DNA of 61,780 nt, filler included. It is 7 parts of 7 records of this genome, joined end to end, with 100 filler letters (N's around TTAATTAATTAA, not from the genome) between each part and the next. Parts side by side here need not be neighbours in the genome. Positions count along the whole stretch, not along the records: positions 3,787 to 23,016 come from SRR20825010_6520; 6 more parts are not named here. The stretch is one strand, 5' to 3'. Shown one piece after another: positions 6,704-15,831 of the stretch. Within the stretch, counting starts at the first letter, position 1. Every line of letters begins with the position of its first letter. Position numbers and translations under genes: made by a program. The notes beneath the pieces are model-generated. The model was not told the DNA's origin. It was given only the letters and a program-made list of their open reading frames with translations, and ran no database searches.

Positions 6704-8230
6704 ATGAGCGAACAACATGTAGACGTACTGATTGTCGGCGCCGGCGTTTCCGGCATTGGCATGGCCTGTCACCTCAAACGAGAGTGCCCAGGTAAGTCTT
6801 TCACCATCATTGAGCGCCGTGAGTCCCTTGGAGGCACCTGGGATCTGTTCCGCTACCCGGGTATCCGTTCCGATTCCGACATGTACACCTTTGGCTACAA
6901 CTTCCGCCCCTGGACCGGGGGCAAGGTGTTGGCGGATGGCCCGTCGATCAAGCAGTACGTTCACGATACAGCCAGGGAAAACAACGTTGAACAGCATATC
7001 CAGTATGGCCTGGCGGTTGTTTCCGCTGAGTGGTCAGGCGCAGACAAGTGCTGGACACTGACGGCCCGCAAGGAAGCCACCGGCGAAACCGTTACCTTTA
7101 CCGCCAGCTTTCTGGTGGGCTGTACAGGGTATTACAACTACGATGCCGGCTATAAGCCTGACTTCCCTGGCGAGGCCGATTTTGGCGGCCAGATAGTGCA
7201 TCCGCAGCACTGGCCTGAGGACCTGGACTATACCGGCAAACGTGTGGTGGTGATTGGCAGTGGTGCCACGGCCATCACCCTGGTGCCAACGATGGCGGAG
7301 AAAACCGCTCACATAATCATGTTGCAGCGTTCGCCCACCTATCTGATGCCGCTGCCATCCCGGGACGCCGTGGCGCTGGGCCTTCAGAAGGTTCTGCCCG
7401 CCAATGTCGCCTATCGGCTGACCCGTGCCCGTAACGTCAGCATTGCACGGCTGCTGTTCAATCGTTCCCGCAAGAACCCCAAGGCCATGCGGCGGTTGTT
7501 CCTGGCCATGGTACGCCGGCAACTGGATGGCAAGGTCGATATGCGCCATTTCTCACCCAGCTACAACCCCTGGGATCAGCGCCTGTGTGTGGTGAAGGAC
7601 GGTGATCTGTTTGAGTCTATCAAGGCGGGCAAGGCGTCGGTGGAGACGGACCATATCGAACGCTTTACCAAGAACGGTATTCTGCTGAAATCCGGCAAGG
7701 AACTGGAGGCTGACATCATCATTCCGGCGACGGGGCTGGATATCCAGATGCTGGGTGGCATGGACCTGGTGGTGGATGGTCATCCGGTCACGCTGCGGGA
7801 CAAGGTGATCTACAAGAACGTAATGGTGGAGGGCGTACCCAACGCCGGCATGATTTTCGGGTACACCAACATCTCCTGGACCCTGAAAGCCGATATCGCG
7901 GCTGAATACCTGTGCCGCCTGTTCAATCATATGGATAGCAAGGGGCAGAGCGTCTGTATACCCCGTGACACCGGCGACAGTCGCGCCGGAGACACCATGA
8001 TGGGCGGCCTGGATTCCGGTTATATCCGCCGGGCTGACGACAAGTTGCCAAGGCAGGGAACCCATAGCCCCTGGAAGGTCAGCCAGAACTATCTGGAGGA
8101 TGTGAAAACCCTCAGGTTTGAGCCTATCGAGGATGGTTACCTGGAGTTCGATGGTCGCCGGCCGGTTCAGCAATCCAAACCGAAACGCGGTTTCATGAGG
8201 CCGTTGCGTTCAGCGCTGTTTGGCTCTTGA
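6704..8230 (+). CDS. Flavin-containing monooxygenase, AlmA/EthA-like (BVMO class)
   Basis: GAGVSG, GGTWDLFRYPGIRSDSD, FxGxxxHxxxWP fingerprint (FGGQIVHPQHWP), GSGATA. Confidence 0.9.
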   Translation: MSEQHVDVLIVGAGVSGIGMACHLKRECPGKSFTIIERRESLGGTWDLFRYPGIRSDSDMYTFGYNFRPWTGGKVLADGPSIKQYVHDTARENNVEQHIQYGLAVVSAEWSGADKCWTLTARKEATGETVTFTASFLVGCTGYYNYDAGYKPDFPGEADFGGQIVHPQHWPEDLDYTGKRVVVIGSGATAITLVPTMAEKTAHIIMLQRSPTYLMPLPSRDAVALGLQKVLPANVAYRLTRARNVSIARLLFNRSRKNPKAMRRLFLAMVRRQLDGKVDMRHFSPSYNPWDQRLCVVKDGDLFESIKAGKASVETDHIERFTKNGILLKSGKELEADIIIPATGLDIQMLGGMDLVVDGHPVTLRDKVIYKNVMVEGVPNAGMIFGYTNISWTLKADIAAEYLCRLFNHMDSKGQSVCIPRDTGDSRAGDTMMGGLDSGYIRRADDKLPRQGTHSPWKVSQNYLEDVKTLRFEPIEDGYLEFDGRRPVQQSKPKRGFMRPLRSALFGS

Positions 8231-8324
8231 AGGTGTGACAGAGCTCGATCATTGATGAATGCAACTACAAATCTGCCGCAAAATATGGCAGTCTCATTGC
8301 CCGTTTTTGAACAGGCAATGATGT

Positions 8325-9245
8325 ATGTCCGGCCGTAAAAATAAGAAGAATATGCCGTTGTGGCATCCGGTTCTCTGGCCTTCGTGGCTTCTGGTCTTCA
8401 CGCTTTATCTGCTTGCCCTGCTGCCAATGTCGGCCAAACAGCGTTTTGGCCGGCGGCTGGGCTGTTTTCTGGAAGGCAAGCTGACGTCACGGGCCAAGGT
8501 GGCCAATACCAATATTGCGACCTGTTTTCCGGAGCTTGATGACGCCGCTCGTGAGCGATTGGTGCGGGATAACTTTGTGGCCTGTACCCGTGGTTTCCTG
8601 GAAAGTATTCACGCCTGGTGGCGGGATATGTCGGGTTTTTGCGAGGGCGCCGAGGTTCAGGGGCTGGAGCACCTGCGAGAAGCCCAGGCCAGAGGTAAAG
8701 GTGTGCTGTTAATCGGCGGGCACTACAGTATTTTCGACTTTGCGCTTCCTTTGATTGCCTGTCACTTGAAGAAACCGGGGTATATGTACCGCCCCAACAA
8801 TAATCCGGTGATTGACCGGATGATTGAAAACGGTCGCCGGCGTCACTTCGGTATCCGCCCGTTCACCAAGCGTGAGTTGAGGCCGCTGGTGTCGTTCCTC
8901 AAAAAAGGCGGGGAAGTCTGGTTTGCCTGCGATCAGGACTTTGGCAAGAAAACCGAGCTGTTTGTGCCGTTTTTTGGCACCGAGGCCGGGTGTATCACCT
9001 CACCCAGCTACATTGCTCGAGTGTCCGGTGCCTCAGTCATCTGTGTGAGCCATCTGCGGATGCCTGATGGTCGTTACCGGGTGATATTCTCGCCAATCCA
9101 GGAGGGATTTGGTGTCTGCAAACAGAGCGATACGGAAACCTGGAGTCGCTACATCGAAGACACCGTTCGTGAACAGCCAGACCAGTACCTATGGCTGCAC
9201 AAGCGCTTCAAAACCCGGCCCGAGGGGTGTGCCAAGGTCTATTGA
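8325..9245 (+). CDS. lpxL: Lipid A late acyltransferase (LpxL/HtrB family)
   Basis: HxxxxD motif (HYSIFD), DQDFG, VPFFG, PDQYLWLHKRFKTRP. Confidence 0.85.
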   Translation: MSGRKNKKNMPLWHPVLWPSWLLVFTLYLLALLPMSAKQRFGRRLGCFLEGKLTSRAKVANTNIATCFPELDDAARERLVRDNFVACTRGFLESIHAWWRDMSGFCEGAEVQGLEHLREAQARGKGVLLIGGHYSIFDFALPLIACHLKKPGYMYRPNNNPVIDRMIENGRRRHFGIRPFTKRELRPLVSFLKKGGEVWFACDQDFGKKTELFVPFFGTEAGCITSPSYIARVSGASVICVSHLRMPDGRYRVIFSPIQEGFGVCKQSDTETWSRYIEDTVREQPDQYLWLHKRFKTRPEGCAKVY

Positions 9246-9266
9246 TGCCTCGGGCTGTTTTCAGGA

Positions 9267-10334
9267 TTACTCGCGGCCCAGGTAGCGCCGGACAATGTCC
9301 TTCCAGCCTGATGATTCCGTGACCTCAAGAATCTGCTCGGACACCGGCCCACGCAATGGACTTTCGGACGGCAGGGCCAACCCATAGAGTTGCTGCTGGA
9401 AAATACCGGGCAGCAGGGTCAACCTCTTGTCCCCCAGTTGCAGGTTGCGGTATTGCAGCAGGGCCCTGTCGTAGACTACGGCATCGGTTTCACCATTGGC
9501 GACTGAGAGCATGGCGCTGGTCAGGTCTGGATAGAGTTGGTGCCGAATGCGCTGATCTTGCAGATACTGCTCGCTGGCGGTGTTAGCGATGGTGGCTACG
9601 TTGGCGCGGTTGAGGTCGTCGGGGCCCTGAATCTGATATTGCAGGTTGCTGACGGTGAGCGATGAGGTAATCGCTGCGGTAAAGCTTGCTACCATGATCA
9701 ACCCGGCAAACATCCACACCAACGCAACCATTCGGCCCGCCAGCGACACCGGAGCCTTGTCACCATAACCAACAGTGGTCATTGTCACAGCCGCCCACCA
9801 GAAGCTCGCTCCTATTCCCTGTACCGCGGTGCCACCAAACTGCTCCGGATTGCGCCGACGCTCAAACAGCCACAGCACAAATCCCACAGCCAGAAGCAAG
9901 CCACCCAGGGCGATAACCACGCTCATAAATTGCCAACTGATCAGCGCGCGAAGGCTGGCGAGCAGCCCCTGCTCCGGCGCCGGAGGTACTGCGATGGACA
10001 GGCCTGTCTGGTAGAAGGGGTGGGTGAAGTCGAATGCCGCTTCCCGTTCGGCGGTCATGGTGAGAGCTCCCACCGCCACGTCGACTTGTCCGCTTTCGAC
10101 CTGCGTCAGTAGATCACTGAAGGAGAGAGGAACGAATGTGTATTCCCGGTTCAGGCCATCGGCAACCTGGCGCCACAGATCGATACTGATGCCTTCCCAT
10201 TCGCGGCTGTTGGTTTCCATGACAAAGGGCGGGACAGTGGTGATGCCGACTTTGATCGGCTCCGGTTGCCCCGCCGCCTGACTGGTAAACAGCAGCAGGA
10301 GGGGCAGGGCAAGCCGTGAGATCCATCGTTTCAT
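9267..10334 (-). CDS. GluR0-like ligand-gated K+ channel (split periplasmic-binding domain around a 2TM pore)
   Basis: Signal peptide, PBP2 S1 (PPFV...LTMTAERE...DFTHPFY), TM1, pore WWAAVTMTTVGYGD, TM2, then S2. Confidence 0.9.
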   Translation of the reverse strand: MKRWISRLALPLLLLFTSQAAGQPEPIKVGITTVPPFVMETNSREWEGISIDLWRQVADGLNREYTFVPLSFSDLLTQVESGQVDVAVGALTMTAEREAAFDFTHPFYQTGLSIAVPPAPEQGLLASLRALISWQFMSVVIALGGLLLAVGFVLWLFERRRNPEQFGGTAVQGIGASFWWAAVTMTTVGYGDKAPVSLAGRMVALVWMFAGLIMVASFTAAITSSLTVSNLQYQIQGPDDLNRANVATIANTASEQYLQDQRIRHQLYPDLTSAMLSVANGETDAVVYDRALLQYRNLQLGDKRLTLLPGIFQQQLYGLALPSESPLRGPVSEQILEVTESSGWKDIVRRYLGRE

Positions 10335-10358
10335 GGGTAAGTCCGTGTTGTCAGGAAG

Positions 10359-11735
10359 TTAGTCAAACGCTGAGCTGATCACATCACGGTAGTTCCGGAT
10401 GCGCTGTACATAGTGTACTGGTTCGTAGCCACGGGCGTAGCCGTAGCGGGTACTCGGGTAGTAGCGCTTGTCGGCTTTCAGTGGCAGGACTTCTTTCATA
10501 TCGTCCCAGGAGTCAGGGTTTTTGCCCAGCTCGCGCGCAAGCTGGCGGGCATCCAACAGGTGACCACGGCCAATGTTGTAACTGGCCAGGGCAAGGAAGG
10601 TGCGGTCTGGCTCAGGAATGGTTTCGGGTAATCGGCGATGGCGATCCGCCAGGTAGCGGGCACCGCCATCAATGGCCGCCACGGGGTCCAGACGGTCCAT
10701 TACGCCAAGGGATTCGGCGGTGTTCCGGGTCAGCATCATGATGCCGCGAACGCCGGTGGGTGATACGGCAGCCGGGTCCCAGTGGGACTCCTGATAGGAC
10801 AGCGCCGCCAGCAAGTCAGCCGGCATGCCGGTTGTGGTTTCTGCTTCGGCGAAGCGATCAATAAAGTTGGGAAGTCGCTCATCTATCCGGCGGTTGAGGG
10901 CGCGCAGGTCGACGAAATCGAATTCGCCGATGTACGCGTAATAGCGGCTCTCGATATAGCCGATGGCTTCGTCACCGTCAGTGCTGTTCATCCATTCCCG
11001 GGTGGTTCCCGCCAGATCGTCGGAACCGGCTGGTAGGTACCAGCCCAGGTTATTGCCCTGGGTGAGGTTCATGGCCACTTCCAGGTGGGGGAAGTGGCGG
11101 CGCATGACCTGAACGATGTTGGAGTCAGCGACGGTGCAGTCGATGTCCTGCTCAGCGACTTCAGAAAGCAGAACTTCGGTCGTTCTGCTGTCATCTTCGG
11201 TGAACGTGATACCTTCGTGTTTGCTGGCGAGCTTGTTCAGAGTTTCCACGTAGCTGGAATCGGCGGTGACCGCAATGCTGACCTCAGGCATGCTTTCCGG
11301 TTTTCTGGGCATGGGTCGCATGTCGCGATGACACACCAGTTGCTCGGTGATTTCGGTGTGCGCGGGCCCGCGTGTGAACCGTTCTGTCCGTGATGGCAGG
11401 TGGGTCAGCCCGGCGGCCGCCAGATGCGTGTTGCCAGCCTCCAGCGCCTGCAAGACCTCGGCGGTTGAATCGTGCATGGTCCAGTTGACGGTCCAGCCTT
11501 TGCTCTCGGCGAAGCGTGACACCAGGCTGAACTCTGGGCCAATGGGGTTCTGGTGGCGGTCGAGATAGTAGGTGGTGGCGCCGTTGCGAGTTGCCACCTC
11601 CAGTACGCCGGTCTCTTGCGGCGGCGCGAGTTGTTCGGCCGTTTTACTGATGGATGCGGTTTCAGATTCGCCCTGGCTACAACCAGCCATGATGGCAATG
11701 AGCGGAAGCAGGGCTCCCTTCAGCGCATGAGTCAT
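10359..11735 (-). CDS. mltF: Membrane-bound lytic murein transglycosylase F
   Basis: Lipobox MAGC, N-terminal PBP domain, SLT motifs YQESHW, GIMMLT, ASYNIG, and GYARGYEPVHYVQRIR. Confidence 0.93.
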   Translation of the reverse strand: MTHALKGALLPLIAIMAGCSQGESETASISKTAEQLAPPQETGVLEVATRNGATTYYLDRHQNPIGPEFSLVSRFAESKGWTVNWTMHDSTAEVLQALEAGNTHLAAAGLTHLPSRTERFTRGPAHTEITEQLVCHRDMRPMPRKPESMPEVSIAVTADSSYVETLNKLASKHEGITFTEDDSRTTEVLLSEVAEQDIDCTVADSNIVQVMRRHFPHLEVAMNLTQGNNLGWYLPAGSDDLAGTTREWMNSTDGDEAIGYIESRYYAYIGEFDFVDLRALNRRIDERLPNFIDRFAEAETTTGMPADLLAALSYQESHWDPAAVSPTGVRGIMMLTRNTAESLGVMDRLDPVAAIDGGARYLADRHRRLPETIPEPDRTFLALASYNIGRGHLLDARQLARELGKNPDSWDDMKEVLPLKADKRYYPSTRYGYARGYEPVHYVQRIRNYRDVISSAFD

Positions 11736-11881
11736 AAAGACCTCGTTTTTTGGATTTATAAAATTATAAGGGTTTCTACGTACTCTGTGTGGAAACGTAT
11801 CACTTTGATTTTGAGCGGCCTGTGCAGGCCCGGGTTAACTGGCCTATGCTGGAGTGGTTCGATATTCCAAGGAGATGCGTA

Positions 11882-12346
11882 ATGAAAGTCTGGACCAGAA
11901 TCCCGATTCTTGCAGCTTTGCTGATTCTGCCACTGGCCGCGATCGGTGCCGATGGGGCTGATGGAATGGTAACGACGCAAAGTAATTACAGCGTTGCGAT
12001 GACGGCGGACAAGCTGGTCTCGACCCTTAAAAGCAAGGGTATGACGGTGATGAACCGCATTAACCACACGGAGGGGGCCAGCAAGGCGGGGCTGGAACTA
12101 CGCCCAACCGAGGTGGTGATTTTTGGCAACCCGAAGGTAGGGACGCCCCTGATGCAATGTGCCCAGAGTGTGGCGATTGATTTGCCGCAGAAAGCGCTGA
12201 TCTGGGAAGACAGTGAGGGAACGGTCTGGTTAGGCTATAACGACCCGGAGTATCTGAAACAGCGTCACGACATTGAAGGCTGTGATCAGGTCATCAAAAA
12301 GATAGAGGGAGCACTGGCCGGTTTCGCAAAAGCGGCAACGGAATAA
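11882..12346 (+). CDS. DUF302 domain periplasmic protein
   Basis: Signal peptide plus IFGNPKVGTPLMQ...DLPQKALIWED. ATG 11882 with a GGAG RBS. Confidence 0.88.
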   Translation: MKVWTRIPILAALLILPLAAIGADGADGMVTTQSNYSVAMTADKLVSTLKSKGMTVMNRINHTEGASKAGLELRPTEVVIFGNPKVGTPLMQCAQSVAIDLPQKALIWEDSEGTVWLGYNDPEYLKQRHDIEGCDQVIKKIEGALAGFAKAATE

Positions 12347-12389
12347 CGTTTACTGATGCCCGGCAGTCACGTGTGCACGTGGGTTGGTA

Positions 12390-13706
12390 TCAGAATCCGA
12401 CGGCCAGGCTGGCGGTGACGGTGTGGCGATCGTAGCTGTAGCGATCGATGTTGCTGTTGTTGTCGATACGGTCCAGATCCAGACTGAGAGATGTTCGACG
12501 AGAGAAACGATACGTGGTGCCAACGGACAGTGTATGACGCTTGTCTTCACGACGTATCGTTTGTCGGCCCTCGGGAACAATCAGTTGGTGTGGCGTACGA
12601 TAGTAACTGAAGCGAAAGCCCGCCCCGGCTTCAACACTCAGTTGGTCAGTCAGGTCGTACTCAATGCCTGCATCAAGGCCATGTCGCTCGGGCGACACAC
12701 TGAAGAACTCCTCTCCGGTATCCAGATTGTCCCGGTCATTGTAGTCAGCCCGGTATTTGAGTTCCGCTGTCCAGTTCCCGGGCCGGAGACGGTAATGGGC
12801 ATCAAGCCGGTACATCTGGCCCCGATAGGCATCGAATCCAGGTAACGGAAAAATCTGGGTGGCCTCTGCTCTAACCAGGCATCGCGCGCCGGGGCCTGGG
12901 CAGTCGAGGGTGGTTATGCCGGCCATCAGGCGAGCGCGACGTTCCCTTGATCGCCGATCCCGCCATATATAGTCGCCGCCAAGGCCTACGCTGATCACTC
13001 CCGGTGCGGTTTTCTGAACCCATTTTGCACCCGCCTGAATCACCTGCAGGTCAAACGTGTGCTCGGAAGGGTACTGACGCGAATAGAACTTGATGTCCGA
13101 ACGCAGTCCCGCCGAAGAGTCGCCATAGAGGTAATAGGAGGCAGCCGCCAGAGTTTCCACAAAGCCGCTGTCGAGCTTTCTGGGGGCGGTATCCGGGAAC
13201 AGCGCAACGTTGTCTTCATAGCCACCCCCGATGGAAACCAGGCCAGCCCAACGTTTTTTGGGTGAGGCAGCATGCATCGTTGGATCGAGGCGTTCAAGTT
13301 GACGGGTGGCGAGCGATATCAGGTTGTCGTCAGGATCGGACGCAAGCACGTTCTGGAACGCTTGTGTTGCGGCGTCCTGATTTTCACGGGCCAGGGCGGT
13401 CAACCCGATGTTGTAGTAGGCAAGCGCTTTCTGACGGGTGGGGATAAGGGTCCGGAAGGTTTGCTCCGCCTCCTCGTAAAGCCCGAGTTTGTAATAGACA
13501 ACGCCCAGGTTGTAATTGAGTGAGCGGGAGCTCAACCCCTTCGAGACGGCGGACTCAAGTAAGCGGCGAGCTTCATCCAGGTCACCGGCGTTAAACGCCT
13601 GGATACCCGCACGGAAGAGCGTCTTAGCCTCGGTCGTATGCTCCTGAGCATGGGCGGTTGACAGCGCGAGACACAACACCAGTGCGATGGTCAGAAGACG
13701 GCGCAA
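12390..13706 (-). CDS. TPR plus outer-membrane beta-barrel protein (Slam/DUF560-like architecture)
   Basis: Signal peptide, TPR repeats (YNLGVVYYKLG, AYYNIGLTAL), a barrel starting at GGGYEDNV, alternating beta-strand pattern, terminal Phe. Confidence 0.7.
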   Translation of the reverse strand: MRRLLTIALVLCLALSTAHAQEHTTEAKTLFRAGIQAFNAGDLDEARRLLESAVSKGLSSRSLNYNLGVVYYKLGLYEEAEQTFRTLIPTRQKALAYYNIGLTALARENQDAATQAFQNVLASDPDDNLISLATRQLERLDPTMHAASPKKRWAGLVSIGGGYEDNVALFPDTAPRKLDSGFVETLAAASYYLYGDSSAGLRSDIKFYSRQYPSEHTFDLQVIQAGAKWVQKTAPGVISVGLGGDYIWRDRRSRERRARLMAGITTLDCPGPGARCLVRAEATQIFPLPGFDAYRGQMYRLDAHYRLRPGNWTAELKYRADYNDRDNLDTGEEFFSVSPERHGLDAGIEYDLTDQLSVEAGAGFRFSYYRTPHQLIVPEGRQTIRREDKRHTLSVGTTYRFSRRTSLSLDLDRIDNNSNIDRYSYDRHTVTASLAVGF

Positions 13707-13808
13707 ATACTCTCTCCGGAATAGTCTGAACTCGGACTCAGAGTATAACAGCCATTGGACGGGCGAGCGCCAGTCCTGAAGGAATCAGGTGTGACGTCTG
13801 TATCTAAT

Positions 13809-14273
13809 CTACTGCTGTCCGGTTTCCTCCAGATTCAGGCCACTGTCGTTTAACAGGTCCAGATCGGTATCGCCGGTGCCTGGCAGGTCCAGTCCAGGGT
13901 CTTCGATGCCCGGCAGGTCCAGTTCTGGTTCGTCTTGGATGATCTCGCCAGGCAGTTCGATGCCGAGCGCGTCACGAGACTCCCGTGACTGTTCGGAGAG
14001 AGTGCTCTCGATATCCAGCATGTCTTCCCGGGTATCGGAAGCGAAGTCGCCGGAATCCGTCTGCATATCACCGAACCCGTTTGCGCCGGCGGGCGCGTCC
14101 ACGGACTCCGGAAGCTCAAGTTGTTGCACAAAGGAATCGTCCAGCTCCTGATCGTCCGCGACCATTCTCATGGTCACATCAAGATCGTCCTGAGCCCAGG
14201 ACAGAGCCGGTGTAGCAAGCAGAAGGCCGAGCATGGCCGGAGCAAGCCAGCGTATATGGGTATGTCTTTTCAT
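13809..14273 (-). CDS. Secreted acidic hypothetical protein with C-terminal (L/I)(D/E)LPG repeats
   Basis: Sec signal ending SWA-Q, very D/E-rich mature region, ATGA overlap with the anti-sigma stop codon. Confidence 0.75.
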   Translation of the reverse strand: MKRHTHIRWLAPAMLGLLLATPALSWAQDDLDVTMRMVADDQELDDSFVQQLELPESVDAPAGANGFGDMQTDSGDFASDTREDMLDIESTLSEQSRESRDALGIELPGEIIQDEPELDLPGIEDPGLDLPGTGDTDLDLLNDSGLNLEETGQQ

Positions 14274-14956
14274 GATGAAGGCTCCGTGTTTCCTGGAATG
14301 GCGGTGCTGAACGTTTTGCGCCGGGTTCCATCGTCCAGGTGCGCAACCAGTTTGCCGGAACCAGGGAACAGTACGTTGATGGGCAACGCCAGTACGTTAT
14401 CGCCTTGCTTGAGATCCACCGTCCAGCTGATGGTCTGGCGCCCCGGGAAGGGTGCCAGTTCTGCGTTGGGCGGCAGTTCCAGGGTCAGGGTGACGTTGTC
14501 CATCGCCTTGCGGGAATTGAACGCCAGCCTGACGGTTTTCAGTTCCGCTCCACTTTCGGGTTCAGCAACGGTTTCTGTTGCTGTCTGCCCGGTAGCATCT
14601 GCATCTGCGATGTCTTCGGGCAATCCCGTATCTGCCGGGCCGACCTGCATACCGATGAAGATACCGAGTGCCAGCACGGCGGCAATTGATGAAGCCCAGA
14701 GTGACGTTTTGCGTAACGTGGAATTCCGAGGTGTCTCGCCAGCGAGTGCCATTGCACGAACGCGGGATTCGAAATCGTCGTCGGGCTCTGGAACGGTCTG
14801 GGCCATGATGCCTTTTTGCAGGCGTTGTTCATCCTCCCAAAGTTCTGAGCAACTGGCACACGTCGATGCGTGAGCTTGGAGGGCTTCCTGTTCATGCAGC
14901 GGAAGATCGCCGCGAACCAGGCTGTCGACCTCCTGATGGAACTGACGACACGTCAT
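14270..14956 (-). CDS. Zinc-binding (ZAS, HxxxCxxC) transmembrane anti-sigma factor
   Basis: HASTCASC motif, one TM helix, C-terminal periplasmic beta domain. Directly downstream of the ECF sigma. Confidence 0.88.
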   Translation of the reverse strand: MTCRQFHQEVDSLVRGDLPLHEQEALQAHASTCASCSELWEDEQRLQKGIMAQTVPEPDDDFESRVRAMALAGETPRNSTLRKTSLWASSIAAVLALGIFIGMQVGPADTGLPEDIADADATGQTATETVAEPESGAELKTVRLAFNSRKAMDNVTLTLELPPNAELAPFPGRQTISWTVDLKQGDNVLALPINVLFPGSGKLVAHLDDGTRRKTFSTAIPGNTEPSS

Positions 14957-14969
14957 GGCATTCACCTCT

Positions 14970-15554
14970 TCACCCTTCACGTTGTTGCTTTTCGAAAGGT
15001 TCCATTTGTTTTTTCAACCGTTCCCGCATAAACGCTCTGCTGCGATGCAGGCGTGATTTTATCGTACCGACAGGCACATCCAGAACCGTTGCAATGTCCT
15101 CCTGGCGCCAGCCATCCGCGTCGTGAAGCAGTAACAGGGTTCGTTGGTCTGGTGGCAGGGTATTCAGTAACCGCTTGACGGTTTCGCCAATGCGCGTTTG
15201 GTCGATACCGGCGGACGCATCCGGGCTTGCCTCGCCGAGGGATTCTATGAAGGCGGTCTGGCTCTCCGCAGCGACCAGTGTACTGACGCTGATTTCTCTT
15301 TGGCTGGATTGTTTTCGGGTGAGGTCTACAAAGTGCCGGTACAACACACGGTTGAGCCATGGCTGGGGTTGCTGCACGTTTTCCAGTTCGTCCAGCCGGG
15401 GGTACATCTTGACCACGACATCCTGCACCAGATCCTCTGCGTCCTGTTTCTGGCCAGTCAGGCGGTAGGCGAAAATATACATGCCTTTCATGTAAGGCAG
15501 AATCAGCCGGTCAAATCGCTTTGACGACGACGAACGAAATGGGAGCAAAGCCAA
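14970..15554 (-). CDS. ECF (sigma-70 group IV) RNA polymerase sigma factor
   Basis: DAEDLVQD (region 2) and EDIATVLDVPVGTIKSRLHR (region 4). Confidence 0.93.
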   Translation of the reverse strand: MALLPFRSSSSKRFDRLILPYMKGMYIFAYRLTGQKQDAEDLVQDVVVKMYPRLDELENVQQPQPWLNRVLYRHFVDLTRKQSSQREISVSTLVAAESQTAFIESLGEASPDASAGIDQTRIGETVKRLLNTLPPDQRTLLLLHDADGWRQEDIATVLDVPVGTIKSRLHRSRAFMRERLKKQMEPFEKQQREG

Positions 15555-15744
15555 TCTGATTCCCTCGGTCTGTGGTTGGCACGGTTTGGCGGGTGCCCCG
15601 TCCTCAGGCCATTCTTGTAGGTGTTCGGATGTCAGATTCTGAACATACCATCATTATTGCCTTTTGTTCGAGACAAATTTCTCGCTACAAGAACCAGTTA
15701 GCCCTTCCTTTTGCGATTTCTCGTCTATTCGGGAAAATTTTTTT

Positions 15745-15772
15745 GGAACCACCGCAATTAGACTTCCGTGTT
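15745..15772 (+). promoter_or_regulatory. Candidate ECF-type promoter for the lipase-DUF1302-DUF1329 operon
   Basis: GGAACC-N16-CGTGTT about 60 nt upstream of ATG 15832, preceded by a T-run. Confidence 0.55.
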
Positions 15773-15831
15773 AGGCCGAAAGACACAGGACGAGTCTCGA
15801 ACTACAAAAAAACGTACAGAGGTAAACAAGT

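Noticed and set aside
5761-6762. 333-aa minus-strand ORF next to the cassette array as a possible integrase
   Set aside because: No tyrosine-recombinase R-H-R-Y motifs, and it is antisense to the flavin reductase gene.
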